A stretch of 64,000 nucleotides of DNA from the NCBI GenBank assembly GCA_964440985.1, contig CAYTWE010000001.1:16875-80874 (forward strand), written 5' to 3'. Both the position numbers and the translations under genes were made by a program. This stretch comes from an uncultured Lentisphaeraceae bacterium. GTDB lineage: Bacteria; Verrucomicrobiota; Kiritimatiellia; RFP12; UBA1067. The number at the start of each line of letters is the position of its first letter. Position 1 is the first letter of the stretch. Shown piece by piece: positions 47,600-56,410 of the stretch. The notes below the pieces were generated by a model. The model saw only the letters and a list, made by a program, of their open reading frames with translations. It searched no databases and had not been told where the DNA came from.

Positions 47600-50500
47600 T
47601 CACAAATCCATGCCTGCTGTCAACAGTACGCGCAAGAACTCAGAAGCACTCCACGCCTGCGCCCTGCATCCCTTCTGGGCATGGGGAGCGTCACCATCCG
47701 CTATCTCGGAAATATGGCATAGACATTCTGTGTTCAGGTTCTCGACCGCTCCGGCAAGCAGCGAACCGGCCTGCGCCCTATTGAGACGACCGCATTTCAT
47801 CGCCGCCTCGGCGAACATCGGCATCGGCCACGCCCACACGGTGCCGTTGTGGTATGCCGGCTTCCGGCTCGTATCCTCATCGCCGGCGTATGAACCGCGG
47901 TATTTCGGATCGTCTGCGGCAAGCGAACGGATGCCGCCCGGCACAAGAAGGCGTTCGCACGAATCCATGATTGCCTTGCAGAACACCTGACGCTGCACAG
48001 CCTCTGCGGACTTCGCCGTGCCGTCTTGCGGCGGCGGGACGCCAATCACATCGAGCGTTATCAGCATCAGCTGATTCGGCCGTACGGAGAAGTCCGGCTT
48101 CGCCTCCGCCGCCGGCTCGCCGTTCCAGGCGTCGAGGCAGTCTGCAAACCCGTCAGGTCCGGCGAACAGACGCATCACGCTTTCAGTCGCCTTGTCCGCA
48201 AGCACATTCCATCTGCCGCCCGCGAACCGCAAGGCCGCTATCCAAAGTGCCTGGATATCCACCGGATATCCGCAGCGCGGGGTGCAGGCGGGATAGTTCG
48301 TATCCATCCACGTGAAGTGCGAGGGGGTCCACACAAGTCCAGATGCGGCGTCCACGCGGATGCCGTTCGGGGTGCCCTTCACATAGTTTTCAATTATCGA
48401 CGCCGTAGTTCTGCGGAACAATGCGACGGATGGCGATGTTCCGTCGCTGCCGGATTTTTCAATCCACTCCTTGACGCACAGGATAAACCAAAGCTGCGCG
48501 TCGACGGTGTCGCGATTGCCCGCCGTTTCTCCGTAGATGATGTTTGGAAGCGTGCCGCACTCCTCGAACGAAGCGAACTCGGCGAGAATCCTTTCCGCAT
48601 CGTCAAGCCGTCCATCCGCAATCGCACCGCGCAGGAATATGAACGTGTCGCGTCCCCAGTCAAGAAACCACGGATATCCGGCAATGGCGGTCTTGTTCGC
48701 TCCGCGCCTTACCATGAAGAGGTTGAGCGCCGCGGAAAGGTCGTCGATCAACGGCATCGTCTGACACCCTTCGCCATCCACACCATGCGGCGTCTCGACG
48801 ATCTTCAGCCATTCAGCGCAGTGAAGGTCTGCGTCACGGTAGCCGCATACAATCTCCGCAGAATCGCCCGGCATCATGTCGCACGATATCCATCCCGGCG
48901 AATACAGGTCGCCGCTCGGCTCCTGCCCACGCGCCGCCTCGTCCGGATGCGGCACAGAGTACGTCCACTGCGGCTCACGGTGCATCTCGCCGCCGTTCAC
49001 GTGAAGATGCACGTCAGATTCGATTTGGGACGCAATCGCGCCTTCACCGGCGTACGCTTTCGTCACGCCGTGGAAACTGCGGCATTCGAGATCCGGACGG
49101 AAGACCAGTCGCACACGCTCACCGAATCTTGCGGCGTCATCGCAGCGTCTTACGAGCAGCCGCGCCACATTCACGCCATGCGCAAGCTCAAGCCTGAACA
49201 TTAACGGCACAACCCTGCCCATGCCTGACGGAACGGCAAACCGCCATTCCGCAAACCGGCCCGCCGGATCCGCCCTGAAACCTTCGGACGTGTCTGCATC
49301 TATCGCATGGGAATAGCCCTCGTACTGAAGCCACGCACGGCATCGCGTCCAGACTACCATGCGGTCTGAAGGGCAGTCCGGATTCGGGTTCGCCGAAAAC
49401 AGCGAATCATACTGCGAACGGATTTCGCCCCACCGCAGCGGCAGGAACGCATCGGCGCCGGCGCCGTTGGAAAGACAGGTGCGGAGCGTCGGGTCACGAC
49501 GGATGTCATCTCCGGTGACGGACACCATTGCACGCGCATCCTTCAAAGACGGAAGCACGAGCACTGCGGAGCGTGAACGCTTCACGCCGTCGGGCGCAAA
49601 CACGGCCATCTCAAGGGAAAGACGGCGGGCACGCGTACCGTCTCCGCTGTACGACGGCACCTCAGGGAACGCAGTCTCGCCTTCAAGCAGCAGCGCCCGG
49701 TACGGATGCGGGCACTGAATGCGCAGCCCCATCCCGTCCGGAACGCACACTTCGCGCCGCACGTCTTCAGGCCAGTGCCAGACCATGCATGAGCGCCGCT
49801 CCGGCCGGATGCGATGCTCCGCGTCTGCACGGTCGCACTTTTCGCAAATCGAATCCGCACATGATTCAAGGCACATGAATCCGCCCGGCGCAAGTTCCAT
49901 CCCCTGATGCAGATCCACATCGCCGCCGTTCAGGACATCATGGCACCGCCCCACCGGGAACTTGGCGGCGTCCCAATGCACCCGCACGGAATTCGCGCAG
50001 TCGAGATTCGCGAAGACGAGAAGCCGCCGCCCCGTCAATTCCGCCACGCGCAGGACGGCAAGGAAATTCCCGCCGTCACGCTGAACCATCTCCTGGCGAA
50101 CGCTGCCGGCAAAAGCCGGGTGGCTCGAAACGAGCCGGTTGAGCGAAGCGACAAGTTCGACCATGTTGTCCGACGATCCCCAGTTGAGGTCGTTCTTTCC
50201 GTGGACGTCTATCTTCTCCGTTGCGTACCACTCCACTCCGTTCGTGATCCCCCACGCGCCCTGATGGCTGAGCAGCGCCGCAAGCGCCACGCGCATACGC
50301 GCATACGTCTTGCCGGAGGCGGCAAGTCTGCTGTTGTCGTGCGTCTCCGCGAAATGCACGAGCGCACCGAAACGCATCGCCCTGTCGTTTGCGGAAGGAA
50401 GATAGCTCTCGAACTGCGAGCGGTCGTAAGTCTGGAAAAGTTCAGAGTACGCCCAGTCCAGTCCTACATCCGCAAGAAGACTGTCGGTTACGTCAAGCCG

Positions 50501-51415
50501 TCCGCCAAGCCCCTCAAGCATGAACACAGTGTCGGGATGCTGTTCGCGCACCCGTCCCACGATCACCTTCCATGCGGCAGACGGTATCATGTACCCCGCA
50601 TCGCAGCGGAAGCCGTCAACGCCCTGTCTGCACCAGAAGAGGAACACGTCGGCCATGTACTCACGCAATGCTTCGTGGGCGTAGTCAAGTTCGACAAGAT
50701 CCTCCCACACCACTCCCCATGCGCCGGGTGATGCGAACTTCCCGTCATCGCGGCGGCGGAACCATTCCGGATGGTGCGTCTGAAGCGCACTCGCCCAACC
50801 CGTGTGGTTTGCCGGCAGATCCACAAAGATGCGTCCGCCACGTGCGTGAACGCCGTCAATGAGTTCGCGGAACTGATCAAGCGGCGTCACGCCCCTGTCA
50901 AACTCCGCCATTGCCGGGTCTACGGACTTGAAATCCGTAGCGGCAAACGGAGAGCCATATTCGCCCATGACTGCGTACGTCACCGGAACGGGGAACGGCG
51001 GAAGCGTCTGGACGATGCGAAAGCCCATGCCGTCCATGATGTGCGGAAGCCTGCGCACGATCTCGCGGAACGACCCGAACTGGCGCGGAAACACCGTGTA
51101 TATCGAGTTTGCGCTCCGTGTGTACGCCGGCGCAACCTTGATGCGCACATTGCCGCCCTGCGGCCATTCCGGAACTGTCGATCCGTCGGCGAAGAAGCAG
51201 CACTTGCCCTCGAACACGCCAACGCGAACAAGAGGGACGTCGGCCACAAACGTTCCGGGCGTACGCTCCTCCATTTCGATGTCATCCCAGATTCCGCTGA
51301 CGTTGGTGCGAAACACCGCACGTCCACGGCGCGGAGAGAAAAGCGTAAGCGACACGGGAAGCGCGTCACCGCACCACCGGACAGCATGTTCGCCGCAAGC
51401 AGGTGTCTGTATCAT
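47600..51415 (-). CDS. Fusion protein: N-terminal GH13 alpha-amylase-family domain (GlgE-like motifs) + C-terminal amylo-alpha-1,6-glucosidase / glycogen debranching enzyme domain (GDE_N/GDE_C)
   Basis: 1271 aa. GH13 regions I-IV: RIFVDLPANHTG, GVDGFRCDAGYM, FMLEGLGG, FAETHDN, plus HPEWF. C-terminal half: GYPWFLDWGRDTFI and AYHNGTVWAWPMPMF, typical of amylo-1,6-glucosidase (GH133-type) domains. Confidence 0.75.
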   Translation of the reverse strand: MIQTPACGEHAVRWCGDALPVSLTLFSPRRGRAVFRTNVSGIWDDIEMEERTPGTFVADVPLVRVGVFEGKCCFFADGSTVPEWPQGGNVRIKVAPAYTRSANSIYTVFPRQFGSFREIVRRLPHIMDGMGFRIVQTLPPFPVPVTYAVMGEYGSPFAATDFKSVDPAMAEFDRGVTPLDQFRELIDGVHARGGRIFVDLPANHTGWASALQTHHPEWFRRRDDGKFASPGAWGVVWEDLVELDYAHEALREYMADVFLFWCRQGVDGFRCDAGYMIPSAAWKVIVGRVREQHPDTVFMLEGLGGRLDVTDSLLADVGLDWAYSELFQTYDRSQFESYLPSANDRAMRFGALVHFAETHDNSRLAASGKTYARMRVALAALLSHQGAWGITNGVEWYATEKIDVHGKNDLNWGSSDNMVELVASLNRLVSSHPAFAGSVRQEMVQRDGGNFLAVLRVAELTGRRLLVFANLDCANSVRVHWDAAKFPVGRCHDVLNGGDVDLHQGMELAPGGFMCLESCADSICEKCDRADAEHRIRPERRSCMVWHWPEDVRREVCVPDGMGLRIQCPHPYRALLLEGETAFPEVPSYSGDGTRARRLSLEMAVFAPDGVKRSRSAVLVLPSLKDARAMVSVTGDDIRRDPTLRTCLSNGAGADAFLPLRWGEIRSQYDSLFSANPNPDCPSDRMVVWTRCRAWLQYEGYSHAIDADTSEGFRADPAGRFAEWRFAVPSGMGRVVPLMFRLELAHGVNVARLLVRRCDDAARFGERVRLVFRPDLECRSFHGVTKAYAGEGAIASQIESDVHLHVNGGEMHREPQWTYSVPHPDEAARGQEPSGDLYSPGWISCDMMPGDSAEIVCGYRDADLHCAEWLKIVETPHGVDGEGCQTMPLIDDLSAALNLFMVRRGANKTAIAGYPWFLDWGRDTFIFLRGAIADGRLDDAERILAEFASFEECGTLPNIIYGETAGNRDTVDAQLWFILCVKEWIEKSGSDGTSPSVALFRRTTASIIENYVKGTPNGIRVDAASGLVWTPSHFTWMDTNYPACTPRCGYPVDIQALWIAALRFAGGRWNVLADKATESVMRLFAGPDGFADCLDAWNGEPAAEAKPDFSVRPNQLMLITLDVIGVPPPQDGTAKSAEAVQRQVFCKAIMDSCERLLVPGGIRSLAADDPKYRGSYAGDEDTSRKPAYHNGTVWAWPMPMFAEAAMKCGRLNRAQAGSLLAGAVENLNTECLCHISEIADGDAPHAQKGCRAQAWSASEFLRVLLTAGMDL

Positions 51416-51437
51416 GTCGCGATGTCTCCCATTAATG

Positions 51438-52397
51438 TCAGAATATCTGCGAAGCGAGGAACGGGGTGCGGTCGTACGGAGGCTGGACTTCGCCGACGTT
51501 CGTCACTACGGGGCTGTTCAGCTGATCATGCTTCGACCATGCCGCAACGAGCGACGCGACGCGTGAAAGCGCTTCGGCGGGCGGCTCGCCCGGCACAAGC
51601 GCCGTCGGACCGGGACAGTTCACGGTGTACACGACCTTTCCGACATCGCCGCACTTCTTCAGGATGGCGTTCTCGCGTGAATCGCGTCCAAGAATCACAC
51701 CCGTGCCGTCCGGGAAACGGAAGCGCCTGGCTATTACAAGAATGTCCACAAGCTTCCTCACGCCAAGCCCTTCATGCTCCAGCAGATCCCTGAGCCGGTG
51801 TCCGAAACCTTTCTCCGTGAGTTTGCATCCGCCAGCGGGCGACGGATAGTCCACAACGCCATACTTCTTGGCCAGCTCAAACTGCGGCTCGCGGCGACGT
51901 CCGGAAAGCGCAAGCAGTTTTGAACGGTCTATGCCGCCCTCAATCTCCGGGATCGTCGGATCAAGCAGCTGGGCGCTCAACGGACGCAGCAGCCGTCCCT
52001 GCAGTCCGCTCGCCTTGGCGACGACTCCGAGCGACTGCTTGTTCTGGCTCATCGGACGCTGGTTCAGCACCTCTCCAGTTGCTACGAAATCGTAGCCGAG
52101 CGACGACATCATCTCGCCGGCCCTGCGTATCATCGTCGCATGGCAGTCTATGCACGGGTTCATCGCGCCGCCGAAGCCGTGCGGCGGATTCTCGATCAGA
52201 CGGCACTCATCGTCTGTGAAGTCGATCACGTGCAGCGGCACGCCAAGCGCCGCCGCCGCCCGCCGTGCCGCAGAGGACGAAAAGAACGGCGTCTCGAAGC
52301 ACACGCACTCCACCACCGCCCCAGCATCCTGAAGCACCTTCACCGCGAGCTGGCTGTCCAGCCCTCCACTAAGCAGGCTCAACCCTTTTGCGCCCAT
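51438..52397 (-). CDS. PP-loop superfamily ATP pyrophosphatase (ThiI/MnmA/QueC-like sulfur or amido transferase); function unresolved
   Basis: LSLLSGGLDSQLAVKVL (SGGxDS PP-loop) and NPCIDCH Cys pair; 320 aa from the internal Met (MGAKGLSLLSGG). Confidence 0.55.
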   Translation of the reverse strand: MGAKGLSLLSGGLDSQLAVKVLQDAGAVVECVCFETPFFSSSAARRAAAALGVPLHVIDFTDDECRLIENPPHGFGGAMNPCIDCHATMIRRAGEMMSSLGYDFVATGEVLNQRPMSQNKQSLGVVAKASGLQGRLLRPLSAQLLDPTIPEIEGGIDRSKLLALSGRRREPQFELAKKYGVVDYPSPAGGCKLTEKGFGHRLRDLLEHEGLGVRKLVDILVIARRFRFPDGTGVILGRDSRENAILKKCGDVGKVVYTVNCPGPTALVPGEPPAEALSRVASLVAAWSKHDQLNSPVVTNVGEVQPPYDRTPFLASQIF

Positions 52398-52457
52398 CCT
52401 TGCACCGCCTCCCTTGTCCGTAAAAAACAATTCAAGAAAACATCTCCACTGCGCCGC

Positions 52458-53120
52458 TCACGCATACCACGCGCCAAGACGCCCGGCGATCGGCGATTCT
52501 GCGAGTCTCCGGACAAGCCCGTCCGCAAGCTCATCCGCTCCGTCAGGAGCCTCGCCATCCGCCATATCATCGCGCACCTGAAACAGGATGCCGAAATCAA
52601 GCCCATACCGGCGATACGGCGCGGGATCGGCGCCGGCCGCAAGTGCGCCGAGCGCCGCCGAAAGCGCGAACGGCTCACCGGTCTTGCGCTCGCACACCGA
52701 AAGGTACTCCTCACGGGGACGGCTCGCCACCGTTCCGCAGATGTCATCGCCCTGCCCCTCGCAGAGGGCAATGTGCGAACGGACTGTCTCGCCAATCATT
52801 GCCGCCGCATTGCCGAAGCCAGATTCGGCGATCAGCCCGTAGCCGTGCGCAACGAGCCAGTCGCCCGCCGCTATCGCGAGCGCAACGCCATGCTCCTTCC
52901 ACACCGTCGGCTTTCCGTAGCGCTCCTCGCTGCAGTCCTGGATGTCATCGTGTATGAGCGACGCCTTGTGGAAGCATTCCACCGCCTCGCACAGGCTGTC
53001 AATTCCTGCGGACCGGATGCGTCCGCCCGACGCAAGATCGAACGCCGCCTTGCAGAGACGCGGCCGCAATCTCTTGCCGCCGCGTCCGCAGAACCCCATC
53101 GCTATCGAGGCGACACTCAC
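52458..53120 (-). CDS. Short polyprenyl diphosphate synthase-like protein (trans-IPPS fold), atypically compact
   Basis: GGKRLRP..LIHDDIQD (first DDxxD) and FQVRDDMAD (second DDxxD). Only 220 aa, against about 300 for IspA-type enzymes. The ORF is bounded by an upstream stop, so the N-terminal helix is missing. Confidence 0.5.
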   Translation of the reverse strand: MSVASIAMGFCGRGGKRLRPRLCKAAFDLASGGRIRSAGIDSLCEAVECFHKASLIHDDIQDCSEERYGKPTVWKEHGVALAIAAGDWLVAHGYGLIAESGFGNAAAMIGETVRSHIALCEGQGDDICGTVASRPREEYLSVCERKTGEPFALSAALGALAAGADPAPYRRYGLDFGILFQVRDDMADGEAPDGADELADGLVRRLAESPIAGRLGAWYA

Positions 53121-53770
53121 TTTCCGAAAACTTCAATCTCGATGTAGTTGTTCACCGGCTCGGAGGAGGAGCCGTTTGAATAGCACCTCACATAGCGGGC
53201 CTTCGTGAGCTTGCCGTCGATCGGGCGGCCATCGTTGCGCTCACGGTACTCCTTGTCCGACCCTTTGCCGAGCTTCGACGAATTGTCGTGGTCGTTGTTG
53301 AAGATCGTCGTGACGTCCTTCGAGAAGCTCTCGTCGTTGGAAAGCTGCACAATCACGTCCTTGTATGCACGGTCGTCACCCTGATCATGCCAGACGCACA
53401 CGGCGGACACCGTCTTCTCCGCGCCAAGGTCAAGCTGCACCCACTGGACACCGCCGGGGAGCTGAAGCATACAGGTCGCGTCAGGGGTCTTGTCGCCATC
53501 AACGACATACTCGTTGTCGCCCGTCACAGACTCTTCGGAAGTGGTCACCTTGGTATCTTCCGTCGTGAGTTTCTTGTCATAGCCCACCGGAACCATGATT
53601 GGAGCGCGGAGCTTTCCGGGGCCGGGATCCGGCTCAAGGTTGTCGCTCTTTATCTCCTTGGGCGTACCGCTGGAATGGGGTGGCGGCAGCTCGAACTTGA
53701 TGGCGACCTTCTCGCCGGCAAACAGACACGCCGTGGCGGACACCAACGCAAACGCAACAAGTCTTTTCAT
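53117..53770 (-). CDS. Secreted (possibly lipo-)protein with a C-terminal F5/8 type C (discoidin / galactose-binding-like) domain
   Basis: Signal MKRLVAFALVSATAC (lipobox-like ATAC). C-terminal ..ARYVRCYSNGSSSEPVNNYIEIEVFGK matches the discoidin-domain ending pattern. Start at ATG 53770 with AGGGAAG upstream. Confidence 0.5.
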   Translation of the reverse strand: MKRLVAFALVSATACLFAGEKVAIKFELPPPHSSGTPKEIKSDNLEPDPGPGKLRAPIMVPVGYDKKLTTEDTKVTTSEESVTGDNEYVVDGDKTPDATCMLQLPGGVQWVQLDLGAEKTVSAVCVWHDQGDDRAYKDVIVQLSNDESFSKDVTTIFNNDHDNSSKLGKGSDKEYRERNDGRPIDGKLTKARYVRCYSNGSSSEPVNNYIEIEVFGK

Positions 53771-53862
53771 CAACATCTTCCCTTTCTTGATACGGCGGAT
53801 TGTACCAAAACCGCGCACACCAATCAACGGCGGCATTCAAATCTCAATGGACAAACCGACAC

Positions 53863-53891
53863 TTGCATGTTTGGCGGTGAAATGATATCAT
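53863..53891 (+). promoter_or_regulatory. Sigma70-like promoter for rpmE (TTGCAT-N17-TATCAT)
   Basis: acTTGCATgtttggcggtgaaatgaTATCATacg; 32 nt upstream of the rpmE ATG; RBS GGAGGAGAAAG. Confidence 0.5.
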
Positions 53892-53923
53892 ACGCGAACA
53901 TTTTTTAAAGGCAGAGGAGAAAG

Positions 53924-54136
53924 ATGAAAGCAGGAATCCATCCTACCTACGAAGACGCGACGATCACGTGCGCGTGCGGCAATGTCATAAAGACGCGCTC
54001 CACGAAGAAGGAGATGCAGGTCAACACCTGCTCCGCGTGCCATCCGTACTTCACCGGACAGAAGACGATCGTCGATACCGAAGGTCGCGTCGATACGTTC
54101 AAGAAGCGTTACGCGAAGTTCCGCAAGGACGCGTAA
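53924..54136 (+). CDS. rpmE: 50S ribosomal protein L31
   Basis: MKAGIHPTYEDATITCACGNVIKTRSTKKEMQVNTCSACHPYFTGQ..; the zinc-ribbon Cys x4 is present. Confidence 0.92.
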   Translation: MKAGIHPTYEDATITCACGNVIKTRSTKKEMQVNTCSACHPYFTGQKTIVDTEGRVDTFKKRYAKFRKDA

Positions 54137-54184
54137 GCGACACTTGCGCACCAACGGTTCCTCCCGGCAATCCGGGCGATGGTG

Positions 54185-54221
54185 GCATCCGGGCGGTTCC
54201 GTCCGGATGCTTCGGTTTTTT
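54185..54221 (+). terminator. Rho-independent terminator/attenuator after rpmE
   Basis: GCATCCGG gcggttccgt CCGGATGC followed by TTCGGTTTTTT, ending 4 nt before the prfA ATG. Confidence 0.6.
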
Positions 54222-54225
54222 GTCA

Positions 54226-55314
54226 ATGGTCGAGAAACAGCAGATAGCGAAGGTGCTTGCACGGCTTTCCGAGACAGAGGCCGCGATGGGCGACCCTGCG
54301 GTACTGGCCGACGCCAAGCGCTACCGCGAAACAGTGCGCGAGCATACCGCCCTCAAAAGGCTTGAGGCGGCGGCCAAACGCTATTTCAAGCTGCTTGACG
54401 ACATTGACGGCGCCAAGGCAATGCTGACGGAGGCCTCGATAGACCCTGAGCTTGCGGCGGAAGCCGAACATGAGATAGAAAGCCTATCCGCCGGCATCGC
54501 AGACGCTGAGCGCGACGTGCTTGCCGGACTTCTCCCCCCTGACCCGCTTGAGGCGCGGAACGCCTGTTTCGAGATTCGCGCCGGCACCGGCGGCGAGGAG
54601 GCCGCACTTTTTGCCGGCGACCTGTTCCGCATGTATTCGCGCTACTGCGAAGCAAAGGGCTGGCACATTCGCGTGATGTCGGCGAACCAGACATCCCTCG
54701 ACGGATACAAGGAGGTAATCTTCACGGTCGAAGGCGATGGAGCGTACGGACTTTTCCGCTTCGAGAGCGGTGGGCACCGCGTTCAGCGCGTCCCCGCGAC
54801 AGAGGCGCAGGGACGCATCCACACAAGCGCCGCCACAGTTGTCGTGTTTCCGGAGGCGGATGAAGAGGACGAACTGGAAATCCCGGAGAAGGACATCCGG
54901 ATAGACCTCTTCTGCGCCGGCGGCGCCGGTGGGCAGCACGTCAACAAAACGGAATCCGCCGTGCGCATGACGCATCTTCCCACCGGACTTGTCGCGCAAT
55001 GTCAGGACGAGCGTTCGCAGATACGCAACCGCGAAAAGTGCCTCGCGACGCTCAAGGCGCGGATTCTCGACTTCAAGCGACGCGAAGAGGAGGCGAAGCT
55101 CGGAGCATCGCGTCTTTCCCTGCGCGGCTCGGGAGACCGCTCCGAACGCATCAGGACGTACAACTTCCCGCAGAACCGCCTTACAGACCACCGCGTAGAC
55201 CTTACGCTGTATTCCCTTGACCGCATCGTCGAGGGCGCTCTCGATCCAATCCTCTCGGCCCTGCGCGAAAAAGACCTTTCGGAACGGATCGCCGCCGGGC
55301 TTGGCCGCATCTGA
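54226..55314 (+). CDS. prfA: Peptide chain release factor 1
   Basis: PxT tripeptide region (RVQRVPATEAQGRIHTSAATVVV), GGQ motif (AGGAGGQHVNKTESAVRMTHLPTG), 362 aa. The track ORF from 53968 is an upstream extension that overlaps rpmE. Confidence 0.95.
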   Translation: MVEKQQIAKVLARLSETEAAMGDPAVLADAKRYRETVREHTALKRLEAAAKRYFKLLDDIDGAKAMLTEASIDPELAAEAEHEIESLSAGIADAERDVLAGLLPPDPLEARNACFEIRAGTGGEEAALFAGDLFRMYSRYCEAKGWHIRVMSANQTSLDGYKEVIFTVEGDGAYGLFRFESGGHRVQRVPATEAQGRIHTSAATVVVFPEADEEDELEIPEKDIRIDLFCAGGAGGQHVNKTESAVRMTHLPTGLVAQCQDERSQIRNREKCLATLKARILDFKRREEEAKLGASRLSLRGSGDRSERIRTYNFPQNRLTDHRVDLTLYSLDRIVEGALDPILSALREKDLSERIAAGLGRI

Positions 55315-55336
55315 TGCAGGCATCCATGCGCATTTG

Positions 55337-56092
55337 ATGGAGAATCCCGCAATGCTGAGCGAAGATGCCGAGGAAACGCTTTTCGATGTGAAGGGTCTGC
55401 GTGTGCGCTACGGCACGATGGAGGCCGTGAAAGGCGTAAGCTTCCACCTTTCACGCAGGGAGACTCTTGGAATAGTCGGCGAATCGGGAAGCGGAAAATC
55501 GACGATCGCGAAAGCACTTGTCGGAATCGAGAAGCCGTCTTCCGGCTCAATCACATGCCGCGCAAAGTCTGTGCAGATGGTTTTTCAGGACGCAGTCGGT
55601 TCGCTGAATCCGCGCATGACAGTGCGGCAGACCCTCCAGGAGGTGCTGAAGATCAAGCGAAACGGAAGGCGCACCGCCCCTGAACTGCTTGACCTGGTTG
55701 GGCTTAGCGCGGCCGTGCTGGAGCAATATCCGCGTGAGATGTCCGGCGGACAGTGCCAGCGCGTGAGCATAGCGCGTGCGCTGGCCTGCGAACCGGAAGT
55801 GCTTATCGCCGACGAACCGGTAAGCGCACTTGACGTGAGCGTACAGGCCCGCATCCTCAACCTGCTGCGGGATCTGCGCCGGAATCTTGGGCTATCCATA
55901 CTGCTCATCGCCCACGATCTCGCCGTCGTGAAAAACGTATGCGACCGCGTATGCGTGATGCAAAACGGAACGTTTGTTGATGCCGGAACATCCGACGAGG
56001 TTTTCAACCATCCGAAGAGCGAATACACGCGACATCTCCTCGACGCCGTGCCGGATGTTGCCCGCGCACTTGCCGGCCGCCGTCCCGCGTGA
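55337..56092 (+). CDS. ABC transporter ATP-binding protein (DppF/OppF-like), with no adjacent permease or binding protein
   Basis: Walker A GESGSGKST, signature LSGGQCQRVSIARAL, Walker B LIADEPVSALD, H-loop IAHDL; first in-frame ATG after the prfA stop. Confidence 0.8.
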   Translation: MENPAMLSEDAEETLFDVKGLRVRYGTMEAVKGVSFHLSRRETLGIVGESGSGKSTIAKALVGIEKPSSGSITCRAKSVQMVFQDAVGSLNPRMTVRQTLQEVLKIKRNGRRTAPELLDLVGLSAAVLEQYPREMSGGQCQRVSIARALACEPEVLIADEPVSALDVSVQARILNLLRDLRRNLGLSILLIAHDLAVVKNVCDRVCVMQNGTFVDAGTSDEVFNHPKSEYTRHLLDAVPDVARALAGRRPA

Positions 56093-56101
56093 CTTCCGTT
56101 T

Positions 56102-56110
56102 TGGTATAAT
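56102..56110 (+). promoter_or_regulatory. Extended -10 TGGTATAAT, 7 nt upstream of the ACP ATG (leaderless geometry)
   Basis: cgttTTGGTATAATgcgccacATG; no SD. Confidence 0.4.
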
Positions 56111-56117
56111 GCGCCAC

Positions 56118-56372
56118 ATGAAAAAAGACGAGTTGTTGAAGCAGATCAGGGATACGCTTGCCGCCGAGTTCGGCTGCGACGCGGCCAAGGTTGTGCCGGA
56201 GGCACGTTTCTTCGAGGATCTTGACCTCGATTCGATCGATGCGGTGGATCTTATCGTGCGTCTCAGGAACGAACATCAGATTGACGTGTCGCCGGACGAT
56301 TTCAAGTCCATCCGCACGATCGGCGATCTCATTGACGTTCTCGAGCGGCTTACGGAAGGCTCAGGCAAGTAG
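56118..56372 (+). CDS. Acyl carrier protein, divergent second copy
   Basis: MKKDELLKQIRDTLAAEFGCDAAKVVPEARFFEDLDLDSIDAVDLIVRLRNEHQIDV.. The DSID serine site lies in a 4-helix ACP frame and is distinct from acpP at 37486-37743. A GCATCCG-cagcgc-CGGATGC hairpin follows the stop codon. Confidence 0.8.
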   Translation: MKKDELLKQIRDTLAAEFGCDAAKVVPEARFFEDLDLDSIDAVDLIVRLRNEHQIDVSPDDFKSIRTIGDLIDVLERLTEGSGK

Positions 56373-56410
56373 ATAACCGAAAGGCATCCGCAGCGCCGGA
56401 TGCATCCGAC

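Noticed and set aside
53968-54225. N-terminal 86-codon extension of the prfA ORF overlapping rpmE
   Set aside because: Conserved RF1 N-terminus begins at MVEKQQIAKV (ATG 54226). The extension overlaps L31 and the rpmE terminator.
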